Shown: one piece after another, positions 1 to 9,230 of the stretch
Layout: each line of letters opens with the position of its first letter
Position numbering within the stretch: position 1 is the stretch's first letter
Virus record (IMG/VR): IMGVR_UViG_3300045988_136447
Span: 2,554 to 66,553 of that record
DNA: 64,000 bases
Strand: one strand, 5' to 3'
Source of the DNA: a virus
Notes under the pieces: model-generated
Database searches by the model: none
What the model was told of the DNA's origin: nothing
The model's input: the letters and a program-made list of their open reading frames with translations, nothing else
Translations under genes and position numbers: made by a program

Positions 1-162
1 ATGAAGCATGAGAAAGCAAGTAATTAATGGGATGAGGTCGTTCACCGAAATTGATGATAAAATCAAAATTCATTCTCGTTATTGGAGGCATATTAGAATT
101 ATCGGTGTAACTTACTTTGGGGGGTCGTATTCCATCGAAATTGAAGTAGGGGAGCCCATAAA

Positions 163-252
163 ATGAAAACCGTTGGACACTGGTTAAAATATTCAATCGC
201 GCCGTTGGCTTTTTGGGCGGCGGTAATCGCAGCCGCAATCGTTACAGAATAA
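163..252 (+). CDS. tiny hydrophobic peptide (29 aa, MKTVGHWLKYSIAPLAFWAAVIAAAIVTE), single predicted TM helix
   Basis: ATG with GGGGAG upstream; below the 60-aa ORF-track cutoff; paralogue follows immediately. Confidence 0.35.
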   Translation: MKTVGHWLKYSIAPLAFWAAVIAAAIVTE

Positions 253-262
253 AGGATTAGCG

Positions 263-346
263 ATGAAAACCATCTTGTACTGGCTTAAATATGCCGCCAT
301 TCCGATTGCGTTTTGGGTTGCTGTAATCATTTGTGTAATTTGGTAA
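263..346 (+). CDS. tiny hydrophobic peptide (27 aa, MKTILYWLKYAAIPIAFWVAVIICVIW), tandem paralogue of 163..252
   Basis: AGGA RBS 6 nt upstream of ATG; shares MKT..WLKY..P.AFW.AVI pattern with the preceding peptide. Confidence 0.35.
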   Translation: MKTILYWLKYAAIPIAFWVAVIICVIW

Positions 347-367
347 TCAAACATAAGGAAACAAGCA

Positions 368-1027
368 ATGAAATTTAATATTGATGTCAAGAAAAATGAA
401 GTTGTAAACAAGTACGAAGCTGAACTTGCCGAACTCAAAGAAACTGAAACGGTGCTTAAGGGGCTCCCCGATGTGTTTGAGGATTTCGAATTCTTTTTCT
501 ATTCCCCTAGGAAGATGCAGAAGAATGTGATGGGAGTTGTACATTTTTATTGTGATGATGTCAATGAGATTATCGATACCCTGAATAAGGTGCCGGATTT
601 GCTCCCAATTTGCCTTGTAAACGACGGTTGCACATCGGCATATCCGCGCTGCTGCGTGGATATGGATAAGTACAGTAAATACAATTCAAATAATCTCTAT
701 TGTAAAAAATTGAAAGTTCCATATACGCTTGCGGCAGAAGGCTACACCCGCCAAACACTTCCTAGTGTTATCATTAGATGTTTTTACAATATTAAAAATT
801 ATGGGATTGTGGCTGTATGGATATCCGTAAAGAGTAAAGAGTTAGAATCATTCGGTGTTTACTTTGATGCAACATATCGCACATTTAAAGGCGATATTCT
901 TGAAAGTTCTATCAGATTCAATTATCAGTTTACTACTTTCAGAGTAAAAGTATTGTTTCCGAACGTTGTTAAGTTTGAGGGTTACAATTCTTCCGGTACT
1001 CATCTGTTTTATTCGGAGGTTGAATAA
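368..1027 (+). CDS. hypothetical protein
   Basis: 219-aa ORF, AAGGAA RBS, normal composition. Confidence 0.5.
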   Translation: MKFNIDVKKNEVVNKYEAELAELKETETVLKGLPDVFEDFEFFFYSPRKMQKNVMGVVHFYCDDVNEIIDTLNKVPDLLPICLVNDGCTSAYPRCCVDMDKYSKYNSNNLYCKKLKVPYTLAAEGYTRQTLPSVIIRCFYNIKNYGIVAVWISVKSKELESFGVYFDATYRTFKGDILESSIRFNYQFTTFRVKVLFPNVVKFEGYNSSGTHLFYSEVE

Positions 1028-1029
1028 AC

Positions 1030-1218
1030 ATGAGTAAAACGATGCGAAAATGCAATAAGTACCGTTATTGCTATGTTATTCAGGTGAAGAGCGATGGTGT
1101 ATGGCAAGATTGCATGTATCATAGCGATAGAAAATTTATGTACTCGGTGTATAATGGACTAAAATATAAAAGTACGTGTACAGATATACGCATCATACAG
1201 CGGAGGATTTTTAAATGA
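1030..1218 (+). CDS. hypothetical small protein
   Basis: 62-aa ORF tightly packed between neighbours (ATGA overlap with next gene). Confidence 0.3.
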   Translation: MSKTMRKCNKYRYCYVIQVKSDGVWQDCMYHSDRKFMYSVYNGLKYKSTCTDIRIIQRRIFK

Positions 1219-1502
1219 CAGTCTATGAGTTGAAAACTTTACCCATCGATACGATTGTCAAGCTCCATAATATGGCTGGAGGTAATCGCATATATTGTAT
1301 GGATGACGACGAAGATTTTAACCGGGTTGATGATATCGTAACAGAACATCTACGGGTAAAACGTAATTCGGCATTATGGGAATTTGATTCCGCTATGCCA
1401 TACGTTGTAATCGAGCATGGGGATGTAATGAGTTACAACGAAAAAGCGATAAGAGACTATATAGACTACGCCCGAATTATCGAATATGTGCTGTATTCGT
1501 AA
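1215..1502 (+). CDS. hypothetical protein
   Basis: 95-aa ORF, translationally coupled to upstream ORF. Confidence 0.4.
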   Translation: MTVYELKTLPIDTIVKLHNMAGGNRIYCMDDDEDFNRVDDIVTEHLRVKRNSALWEFDSAMPYVVIEHGDVMSYNEKAIRDYIDYARIIEYVLYS

Positions 1503-1609
1503 AATAGGGCAGAAAGCCGCTTCTGAGACGACTTAGTACCTCCCCGTATGGTTTACCTGGTTACTTGCTAAGTCGTCCCATAAGGCTAAACTAAAGGTGT
1601 TTAACGGCT

Positions 1610-1990
1610 ATGACAAATGAACAGTTACAGAACAGTATAAACGCGGTCAAGAATGTAGCGGCGTTTACGGCACTAATGCGAAGTTCTGCAATCGATGAAC
1701 AGATTAAATTATCTGAATACCTTTGCGCTAAAATATTCATCAAGTCTCACACTCCGCGCAATCCAATAGATGATAGTACAGTATTGTATCATCCCATCGA
1801 AGAAGAGATTGTGAAAGCGATTGCAAGCGGTATAGACGTCGATGACTTTGTAGCACAGTTTGTAAGTATGGATATGCGATCGTCGGCATCTATGCTTCGC
1901 AGACGTTATCACAAGATCGCGCATCTACTCTCGATTTATCAGGCATATAGTAAACCACCAATGCAAATCAATTTAGACGGTAAAATTTAG
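1610..1990 (+). CDS. hypothetical protein
   Basis: 126-aa ORF; convergent with the minus-strand gene 1987..2547. Confidence 0.45.
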   Translation: MTNEQLQNSINAVKNVAAFTALMRSSAIDEQIKLSEYLCAKIFIKSHTPRNPIDDSTVLYHPIEEEIVKAIASGIDVDDFVAQFVSMDMRSSASMLRRRYHKIAHLLSIYQAYSKPPMQINLDGKI

Positions 1991-2547
1991 TCATGTGCAT
2001 CGGCATCTATAATCACATCTTTTGGTTTTTCCTGCATGTTGAAAACCACCGTGAGCTTTCCTCCGGTATGTGCATCGGCATTTGCGTCTCCGATATTGGC
2101 AACTTTTACAAGCGTATTGATTGCGTTAACCACATCGGCAGGTTTGTTTTCTTCCTGATTTATAATGTTTTCGAGGCGTTTTGTGACACCTATAATCGTC
2201 GGCTTGTTGATTTCCCATTCTGCTGCTCTGAGAAATTTAATCCGTTCTCTTATCCTTTGTTTCATCATCATGCGGCGCATATTGTTGATGTCGATGTGAC
2301 GGATTCCGGTGATTGGCGTCATGTACTCTCGGTATGCTGTATAATACTCTTCCGTGGTATGTGCATCGGCATCTATAATCCAATTAAGGAAATCTTCAAC
2401 ACGTTTATCCGCAATTGGGATTGCGGGATCGGCATCCTTGTCGTCAAGGCAGGCAGGGAGGCAGTCAAGTGCATCGGCATTTGTATCGATTACTTTTTCA
2501 CCTGTATTTTCTCTGCGTTCAATTTGATTTTTAAGTTTAAAAGCCAT
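1987..2547 (-). CDS. acidic protein with repeated DADAH(T) motif (IIDADAHD, DANADAHTGG, IIDADAHTTEEY, DKDADPAIPIAD)
   Basis: 186 aa, AAAGGAG RBS 7 nt upstream on minus strand; normal composition, whereas the opposite-strand ORF is Cys/Phe junk; the underlying DNA carries a repeated TGCATCGGCAT motif. Confidence 0.5.
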   Translation of the reverse strand: MAFKLKNQIERRENTGEKVIDTNADALDCLPACLDDKDADPAIPIADKRVEDFLNWIIDADAHTTEEYYTAYREYMTPITGIRHIDINNMRRMMMKQRIRERIKFLRAAEWEINKPTIIGVTKRLENIINQEENKPADVVNAINTLVKVANIGDANADAHTGGKLTVVFNMQEKPKDVIIDADAHD

Positions 2548-2628
2548 CTGGAATCTCCTTTTTGTTTCAATATACCATGATACAGTAAAAATTACAAATA
2601 AAAGTTAAAAATTAATGCGCAATAGGGC

Positions 2629-2657
2629 TTGAAACTGTGACGCGTGAATGCTACATT
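2629..2657 (+). promoter_or_regulatory. sigma70-like promoter (TTGAAA-17-TACATT)
   Basis: gggcTTGAAActgtgacgcgtgaatgcTACATT. Confidence 0.45.
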
Positions 2658-2691
2658 AGTTAAAACCGGCGCAATAGACCTAGGAGTAACC

Positions 2692-2979
2692 ATGCAGACT
2701 GTGTATGAAGTCATCGGCGTCCTTGACGCGCACACATGTGTAATCGTCGGCATCTTCACTGACAGGATTGCAATGTGTGATAAGTTGCAGGAACAATTTT
2801 CGAAATGTTATTTGAAGTCAAACGGCAAGATGATCGATATTATCCCTGTAAGCGTCGGCATCTGTATGCGTAATAGATTCTGTAAACTGTACAGTAAGGA
2901 ATCAGGAAAAGAGTTGTACCGAATTTACGCGATAACGTTAAACAAAGTGAATCCTGAGTTGCATGAAAGTTTTAAGTAA
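2692..2979 (+). CDS. hypothetical protein (contains LDAHT motif)
   Basis: Start moved to ATG 2692 (AGGAG RBS), because the upstream part of the 2644 ORF overlaps a sigma70-like promoter. Confidence 0.4.
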   Translation: MQTVYEVIGVLDAHTCVIVGIFTDRIAMCDKLQEQFSKCYLKSNGKMIDIIPVSVGICMRNRFCKLYSKESGKELYRIYAITLNKVNPELHESFK

Positions 2980-4486
2980 AAACGATTATTTATACTATAA
3001 AAGAGATGGTAAGCATTATCGGGTTCCGGCTTCCGATAAAAGCATAAATGCTTTATTGCGCAGGAATTATGACTGTTCCGATGTTCTTACTTTAGGTGGC
3101 AGATTGCGCGTCCCGCTGTATCCATATCAGTATCAGGCGCTTTTACAGGCTAAGAATCACAATTGGAATATTTTAGACGCGGATAGTATGGGATTGGGGA
3201 AGACCCCAACGGCGCTGGGGTGCATCGTTGCCTCGAATGCAAGGAAAGTGCTTATCGTGTGTCCAGCCGCGATTAAGTATCAGTGGAAACGGTATATTGA
3301 AAACTGGGTAACGAAGCCCGGAATCATGTATGTGTGCGAAGGGCAGAAGTTTGAATATGGTGACTGCCTGAGTGTGAAACACGCCAACTACGTAATCATA
3401 AACTATAACATATATGATTATTGGATAGACCTGTTTTGTAAATTGAAGTGGGATATGGTTGTGTACGATGAAGCACATCGGATCAAGAAGGTGAGTATAC
3501 CATCGGCACCTGTAAGGTGCTCTGCCGCTGCTGATATGCTTGTGCCGCACGTTAAATCGTGTATATGCTTAAGCGGCACCCCCTTGACGGATCGCACCGC
3601 CGACATATGGCATATTGTGAAACTTGTGAATCCAAACTTGTTTCGATCATACTTTCTGTTCCAGCAGCGGTATTGCGGGGGAGCATCCGGCGCGTTTTCC
3701 AGCGAATCGAGAAGCGCCAATACGATAGAGCTGCATAATAAGCTGATCGATAGCGGCGTCATGATTCGCAGAACGAAAAAAGATGTGTACAAAGAGATAC
3801 CGAGAGTTGATATCGACGTAGTTCCGTTTAATGTTCGTTCCGCTGCACTGGATACGCTGGAAAGGGAGGCCCGGCATCAGACATTGTGGATGAAGAAACA
3901 GACCGGAAAACAACGCGGGGCCGCTATGTTTAAAGTTCGGCAGTCTTTTGAGAAATACTTACAGGAGGCGATACGATTAAAATTACCGTATATTGTAGAG
4001 TGGCTTAAAGATTTCATGAATGAAACCGATGAAAAGATTGTGATAGGCTGTATACATAAAGAACTGTGCGGAAATGCGCTGTATCGTGAATTTGAGAGGT
4101 CTGCTGTAATCATCAATGGGGATGCGTCGGCAAAACAAAAAGACAAACTTCTTACCGAGTTTAAAACCAACAAACAAAAAAGGATGCTGATATGTAACAT
4201 ACAATCTATGAAAGAAGGGGTGGACGGCCTTCAAAACGTGTGCAGCCATATGGCGATATGCGAACTGCCGTGGTCTCCCGCGGACATCGATCAGCTTATC
4301 GCCCGTCTAGATCGGAACGGGCAGAAAGAGCGTGTGAATGTTTCGTTCCTTGTGGTGTATGACAGCATCGACGAAATGCTTGTCCGTACTTTGGATAGAA
4401 AAAAGAAGATAACAACGGAAGTTCTTGACGGCAGAGCTCCGCATAGAAAAGAATTATTGGTAAACCTATTAACCGGAGGATGTTGA
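2963..4486 (+). CDS. SNF2-family (SF2) DNA helicase/translocase
   Basis: Motif I SMGLGKT, motif II DEAHRIKK, motif III LSGTPL, motif VI ARLDRNGQ. Confidence 0.85.
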   Translation: MKVLSKNDYLYYKRDGKHYRVPASDKSINALLRRNYDCSDVLTLGGRLRVPLYPYQYQALLQAKNHNWNILDADSMGLGKTPTALGCIVASNARKVLIVCPAAIKYQWKRYIENWVTKPGIMYVCEGQKFEYGDCLSVKHANYVIINYNIYDYWIDLFCKLKWDMVVYDEAHRIKKVSIPSAPVRCSAAADMLVPHVKSCICLSGTPLTDRTADIWHIVKLVNPNLFRSYFLFQQRYCGGASGAFSSESRSANTIELHNKLIDSGVMIRRTKKDVYKEIPRVDIDVVPFNVRSAALDTLEREARHQTLWMKKQTGKQRGAAMFKVRQSFEKYLQEAIRLKLPYIVEWLKDFMNETDEKIVIGCIHKELCGNALYREFERSAVIINGDASAKQKDKLLTEFKTNKQKRMLICNIQSMKEGVDGLQNVCSHMAICELPWSPADIDQLIARLDRNGQKERVNVSFLVVYDSIDEMLVRTLDRKKKITTEVLDGRAPHRKELLVNLLTGGC

Positions 4487-4487
4487 A

Positions 4488-5000
4488 ATGAAAGATGGTA
4501 CGAAGCTTGTCATCGTGAATGTGTGCGCGATTGTATTGATTATTTGGGTGGCAGTACTAGGTGCTATCGGGATTCATTATGCTCTTCCCGATCGGCAAAA
4601 GGAAGTCAAGTATGAAGAACCAGTAGTCGAAAACCCGAAAAGCAATGTAAACGTATGCGGACACATCATAGGTGAAGAGTTTGTACCGAAACCGGAGTAC
4701 AAACATAACTTGAAAGGAGACGCCTACATTTACTGGTATGATGCTGTTACTATGATTACGTTTCGTCCTGTAAATGGAAGACTGAAATACGCATCCATTA
4801 CTAAGTTATGCGTTGATGGTGCAGACTGCTACGCTGAGTATTCCGAGATGGGAGCGTATTATGTTAATAGATATGGTGCGAAACCTCAGAAGCAGCCTGA
4901 TTCTCTTCTTACAGAGGACGGTGTATGTATCGATTTGAAGTGCAAAATTGTAGACGGTAAGTGGTTTCTTTCCGTAGTGATCGCTAAACTTGACAAGTAA
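4488..5000 (+). CDS. membrane-anchored protein (N-terminal TM helix)
   Basis: LVIVNVCAIVLIIWVAVLGAIGI hydrophobic segment; ATGA coupling to upstream gene. Confidence 0.5.
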   Translation: MKDGTKLVIVNVCAIVLIIWVAVLGAIGIHYALPDRQKEVKYEEPVVENPKSNVNVCGHIIGEEFVPKPEYKHNLKGDAYIYWYDAVTMITFRPVNGRLKYASITKLCVDGADCYAEYSEMGAYYVNRYGAKPQKQPDSLLTEDGVCIDLKCKIVDGKWFLSVVIAKLDK

Positions 5001-5009
5001 AGGTGCAGT

Positions 5010-5639
5010 ATGAATATCAGTAATATCAGTGTGTACAATCTCGAGAAAGCAGTCGTTGCCAGCGGATACCCCATGCTTACCGAATACGACCCTTGCAGGG
5101 TAATGGACGAAGTATCTGATGTAAAGGAATGGATCGAAACCTATTACAGCATGAAAGGTCAAGCCCCTAATAAGCATATTCAGAGAGCCATTCGCCTGTG
5201 CCAAACTCATTCTAATTCCGGGCATTGTAACTTTCTGTCCGGCATCCTTGTGACGATGGATGTTACAGCCTCTAACGTGTGGTGGCTGCAATGTGGGAGG
5301 TACCACTTTATTCAAAATGTATCTTCTATGTCGAAAATGCACAAACTCAAGGCTATGAGAGCTGCCAAAGATGAATATATGTTTCATCCTAAAGTATCAA
5401 CCGTGATACAGAATGAGTTTTTCGATGACGACGTATTTTCAGATGTGAACGATGACGAAGAACTTTCGTATTCGTGTCCTATGGGAATGCTGCTGACTGC
5501 ACATATCTCTACAAATTATTTGCAGTTGCGAACGGTGTATGAGCAAAGAAAGAATCATAAACTCAGTGAGTGGAGGATGTTTTGTAATATGATCTCTACG
5601 TTACCATTCGGCCCTGAATTTATTACGCAAAAATTTTAG
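5010..5639 (+). CDS. hypothetical protein
   Basis: 209-aa ORF in replication module. Confidence 0.45.
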   Translation: MNISNISVYNLEKAVVASGYPMLTEYDPCRVMDEVSDVKEWIETYYSMKGQAPNKHIQRAIRLCQTHSNSGHCNFLSGILVTMDVTASNVWWLQCGRYHFIQNVSSMSKMHKLKAMRAAKDEYMFHPKVSTVIQNEFFDDDVFSDVNDDEELSYSCPMGMLLTAHISTNYLQLRTVYEQRKNHKLSEWRMFCNMISTLPFGPEFITQKF

Positions 5640-5643
5640 TAAC

Positions 5644-6564
5644 ATGATAAACGGGATTGTACAGCTTCTGGAAGATAACCACATTCCTTACAAACTACGT
5701 AAAGAGTGGGCCAATGTATGCTGCCCTTACTGTGGTGATAATGGTTTTCATTTGGGTCTCACAGACGATGGGAAGGCAACATGTTTCCGGTGCGGAACTC
5801 ATAATATAAATTCTGTAATCCATGAGCTGTTACACTGCGGAGCATCGGAATCAAAATCGATTGTACGGAGGTACATATGCAGATCGAAAAGTGAGCGTAA
5901 CGATGATCCTGCCAGATTATGTTCGTCGGCATTTGAGTTTAAAGTTCCTTCGTCGGGAAATATATTGAGAGCCAAATTTCCTTTCATGTACTTGAGAAGA
6001 AGATTTAAATGGATGTCGATAGATGAGTTTGTAAGCATGGTAAAGCGCTGCGGTATTACATACACGGATAACGAGTTTGTAATGCCGAAACCCGACGGCA
6101 ACCTTACCGGAATGTTTGCAGGGAGGATCGTGTTTCCGTTGATCCATAATGGGATACCTGTATCTTATCAATGCAGGGATTACACGGACAATTGCAAAGT
6201 AAAGTACATGACTGCTTATCCTGAGTATGAACGGATAATGCACAAAGACGTCTTGTATGGGGAAGATGACGTACCTTACAGTAAAGTAATTGTGTGTGAG
6301 GGAGTGTTTGACGCTCTCAGCATCGGTGCAGGGGCCGTACACACCTTCGGTGTCAAGTGGAGCAGAAGCCAGGCTGAATCTCTTTGTGCATACGATAAAG
6401 TGTATATCGCTTATGACAATGATAAAGCTGGAAAACTCGGTGCGGAATCGTTGGCCAGTGCGATTAAGCATCGTGTAAAAGTGGCTATCGTCAGGGTGTC
6501 GGCAAAAGACATAAACAGTTGCAGTCAATCAGAAATAGAAGATATCAAAGCACTTATACAATAA
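5644..6564 (+). CDS. DNA primase (CHC2 zinc finger + TOPRIM domain)
   Basis: CCPYCGDNGFH...CFRCG zinc ribbon near the N-terminus; VCEGVFDALS and YIAYDNDKAG TOPRIM acidic motifs. Confidence 0.75.
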   Translation: MINGIVQLLEDNHIPYKLRKEWANVCCPYCGDNGFHLGLTDDGKATCFRCGTHNINSVIHELLHCGASESKSIVRRYICRSKSERNDDPARLCSSAFEFKVPSSGNILRAKFPFMYLRRRFKWMSIDEFVSMVKRCGITYTDNEFVMPKPDGNLTGMFAGRIVFPLIHNGIPVSYQCRDYTDNCKVKYMTAYPEYERIMHKDVLYGEDDVPYSKVIVCEGVFDALSIGAGAVHTFGVKWSRSQAESLCAYDKVYIAYDNDKAGKLGAESLASAIKHRVKVAIVRVSAKDINSCSQSEIEDIKALIQ

Positions 6565-6573
6565 GGAGGAAGT

Positions 6574-7836
6574 ATGCAGGGATCGGAAATATGGGCTGAA
6601 AGTTGGGGCGTACTGCCGGAAGTTCCTTTGTTTGAAGACAAAGTTACCGGAATCAAATATGATTTCAACTACGGATTTCGATGCCATTCCCCGAGCGACA
6701 GCGACGATATGTTTAACATTCATATCGAAACATCCGCAGGTGACGTATTGTGCGACATACCACTTGCCGCCGGATGCAAGTGGAGCTTTCCTTTTAAGTA
6801 TTACATGGACTACACGGTTACGATAACCGGGAAGCATGGTGTATTCCGGGAGACGCTTGATCTTACTGATAAAACAGTTATGATTATGTGCAGCGTAAGG
6901 ACGCTTGGAGATTCTATTGCATGGTTGTCCGCCGTTCCTGCCTTTGAAAGAAAGCACAAATGTAAGTGTGTGTGCGTCGTGAATAACGATATCTATGAAC
7001 TGCTTAAGGATTCAGAGCAGATCAAAGTAATTAAACTTGAGGATAAATGCAATTACACTCCATATGCTACATACTACTTGGGTTTGTTTTTCGATGAATC
7101 ATACAGTAAATTTTGGCAGCCGTATGATTTCAGGCTTGACGGCCTTCATGAACAGGCCAAAAACATTTTAGGAATCCGCAACGAAGAAACCCGGCACCTT
7201 GAGCTTAGAGACGCAGGCACGAATCCACTGGCCGGTAAAAAGTATGTGTGTATCTCATACTCCGGCAGTAAGGCGAACAAGTTTTGGAATAATCCGATCG
7301 GATGGAAGAAGGTGGTCAAGTACTTGCATTCATTGCAGTATGCAGTTGTGTGCATCGACAAATCTGATGTATGCGGAATTGCCCCCCTATACTACTACAT
7401 GCCGAACGGCGTGATTGACATGACCGGAGACCTTTCTTTGCAGTCAAGAGTTGACGTGCTTAAGGGCGCTGAGATGTTCATCGGCATGGCAAGCGGGCTT
7501 TCGTGGCTTGCATGGTGCAGCGGAGTGCCGGTCGTTATGATTAGCGGTTTCAGTCTGCCGTATGCAGAATTTTACACAAAGTATCGTGTAATCAATACAA
7601 TGTGTGAGTGCATCGGATGCTGGAATGACACGAGAATTCAGTTTTCTCGCCATGATTACATGTGGTGTCCCCGTATCGATAACGAGCTGCAAGCGCTCAA
7701 AGTCTCGGACGCTGAGAGCGAAGCAGAATACCGTCGCCTTTCGCAAAAACGCTTTATGTGTACACAAACCATTACACATAATATGGTTATACAGAAAATC
7801 AATGAAGTTTTAGAGGATCAGCACAGGGAAAATTAA
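6574..7836 (+). CDS. protein with C-terminal GT9 (heptosyltransferase-like) glycosyltransferase fold
   Basis: C-terminal half matches the GT9 pattern: KYVCISYSGSKANKFW...GDLSLQSRVDVLKGAEMFIGMASGLSWLAWCSGVPVVMI (compare G.LSL.EL.ALI..A.L.IGNDSGPMHLAAAL). Confidence 0.5.
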   Translation: MQGSEIWAESWGVLPEVPLFEDKVTGIKYDFNYGFRCHSPSDSDDMFNIHIETSAGDVLCDIPLAAGCKWSFPFKYYMDYTVTITGKHGVFRETLDLTDKTVMIMCSVRTLGDSIAWLSAVPAFERKHKCKCVCVVNNDIYELLKDSEQIKVIKLEDKCNYTPYATYYLGLFFDESYSKFWQPYDFRLDGLHEQAKNILGIRNEETRHLELRDAGTNPLAGKKYVCISYSGSKANKFWNNPIGWKKVVKYLHSLQYAVVCIDKSDVCGIAPLYYYMPNGVIDMTGDLSLQSRVDVLKGAEMFIGMASGLSWLAWCSGVPVVMISGFSLPYAEFYTKYRVINTMCECIGCWNDTRIQFSRHDYMWCPRIDNELQALKVSDAESEAEYRRLSQKRFMCTQTITHNMVIQKINEVLEDQHREN

Positions 7837-7857
7837 GAGCGGAAATTATTAATTTAT

Positions 7858-7911
7858 GGGCTTGAAATAAGTTAAATTCATGTTATATTACATTATTAAC
7901 TTATTTCAAGC
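7858..7911 (+). promoter_or_regulatory. sigma70-like promoter (TTGAAA-16-TATATT) embedded in a 16-bp-arm inverted repeat
   Basis: GCTTGAAATAAGTTAA ... TTAACTTATTTCAAGC. Confidence 0.5.
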
Positions 7912-7925
7912 ATGGAGAAAACCAA

Positions 7926-8720
7926 ATGTTTGACGTCCCTATTTTGTTTTTTGATTTGGAAACCACAGGGGTTGATCCTGAGGAAGACAGGATTGTACAG
8001 TTTGCAGGTATCAGGACGACACCGAATCATGAGCCTGTCGAGTTTACCTTTAAGTGCAATCCTGAAATCGAAATTTCAGAAGGAGCAAGCAGAGTTCACG
8101 GCATCACGAATGAAGAAGCCAAGCAGTATGCTGCTTTCGATGCTTTTTCTGATAAACTTTACCGCATGGCACATGGTGCCATTTGGGCAGGGTACAACAA
8201 CTTCAAGTTCGATATCCCGATGTTTATGAATGAGTTTAAAAGACGCGGGCTTAAAGTTCCTGAGTGTGCCGGAGTGCTGGATGGTTATAAGCTTTTCACG
8301 CATTTTTACGGCCCGGCAGGGAAAGGAAAAAGAACGCTGAAAGCTGCACACGTGCATTACTGCGGTTACGAATTTGAAGATGCGCACGATGCCGTGGCTG
8401 ACATCAAGGCTACGATCAATGTGTTTGAAAACATGATCATCGAACATGGAGATGACCTCAAAGCGTTTCTTAAGGTGTCGGAAGCGATCCCGCTAAAGAT
8501 CGACTTTAAAGGGATGTTCACTTTCGATCCTAAACGGAAAGTAGCCGTATTGGGGTACGGCAAATACAAGGGGGTTCCCCTCGCGGAAGTTCCGGTATCT
8601 TACTTCAAGTGGATTATCGACACGACCGGATTCAATGCAGATACAAAGAAAATCGCAAGCGAAGCCTGTCGTGGTATTTTTCCTCAGTACCAAAGGCCGA
8701 AATTTAAACGTAATTTCTGA
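7926..8720 (+). CDS. DnaQ-like DEDDh 3'-5' exonuclease
   Basis: Exo I FFDLETTG, Exo II YNNFKFDIPM, Exo III HDAVADIKAT. Confidence 0.75.
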   Translation: MFDVPILFFDLETTGVDPEEDRIVQFAGIRTTPNHEPVEFTFKCNPEIEISEGASRVHGITNEEAKQYAAFDAFSDKLYRMAHGAIWAGYNNFKFDIPMFMNEFKRRGLKVPECAGVLDGYKLFTHFYGPAGKGKRTLKAAHVHYCGYEFEDAHDAVADIKATINVFENMIIEHGDDLKAFLKVSEAIPLKIDFKGMFTFDPKRKVAVLGYGKYKGVPLAEVPVSYFKWIIDTTGFNADTKKIASEACRGIFPQYQRPKFKRNF

Positions 8721-9070
8721 TGTGTACAAAAGCTGTTTTATGCGAAATGCTGTATGAGTTACAGTCGAATCAGCTTGAAGTGATACTTGTCCCTCAAGAT
8801 GAACCAGCCAATGTGGGGGCTTGTATTCGTGTGGCGGTTGCATTTAATTGTCAGTGGTACAGGGAACTGTGTGATGCATTTGAATCGAACAGGAAGAGAA
8901 AATATAAAAAATTTAAAACAAAAGTAAAACGTAAGCGTATAGAGCATATACTTTTACGTATGATATCAGGAATTAATGTAGGAGGCATATACGCTGAATG
9001 GATCAGGGAATACGCCACCAAGATGCAGGAAGAATATGATAAGGGAGTAATGAGTTATGGGGCGCAATAA
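8720..9070 (+). CDS. hypothetical protein
   Basis: 116-aa ORF coupled (ATGTG overlap) to exonuclease gene. Confidence 0.4.
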   Translation: MCTKAVLCEMLYELQSNQLEVILVPQDEPANVGACIRVAVAFNCQWYRELCDAFESNRKRKYKKFKTKVKRKRIEHILLRMISGINVGGIYAEWIREYATKMQEEYDKGVMSYGAQ

Positions 9071-9071
9071 G

Positions 9072-9230
9072 ATGATCGGAGAGCAGGAATTTAAAAGAAT
9101 TCAAGAACTTAGAAAGGCCGGATGGTCGTATAAGGCGCTTGGTGAGAAGTTCGGAATTAGTGCCGTATCAGTTTACAAATACCTTTCTGGAAAAACGAAA
9201 TTCGACAGCACGGAAGATGAGAACGCTTAA
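9072..9230 (+). CDS. small HTH DNA-binding protein (52 aa)
   Basis: GWSYKALGEKFGISAVSVYKYL helix-turn-helix; below ORF-track cutoff. Confidence 0.35.
   Translation: MIGEQEFKRIQELRKAGWSYKALGEKFGISAVSVYKYLSGKTKFDSTEDENA

Noticed and set aside
1993-2580. 195-aa plus-strand ORF with repeated MCIGI motifs
   Set aside because: It is the mirror image of the minus-strand DADAH-repeat gene. It is Cys/Phe/Ile-rich with implausible composition and has no RBS. The minus-strand ORF has a strong AAAGGAG RBS.
4806-5387. 193-aa minus-strand ORF
   Set aside because: It overlaps two co-directional, tightly coupled plus-strand genes and has no RBS.
5917-6528. 203-aa minus-strand ORF
   Set aside because: It is antisense to the primase gene, which has clear zinc-finger and TOPRIM motifs.
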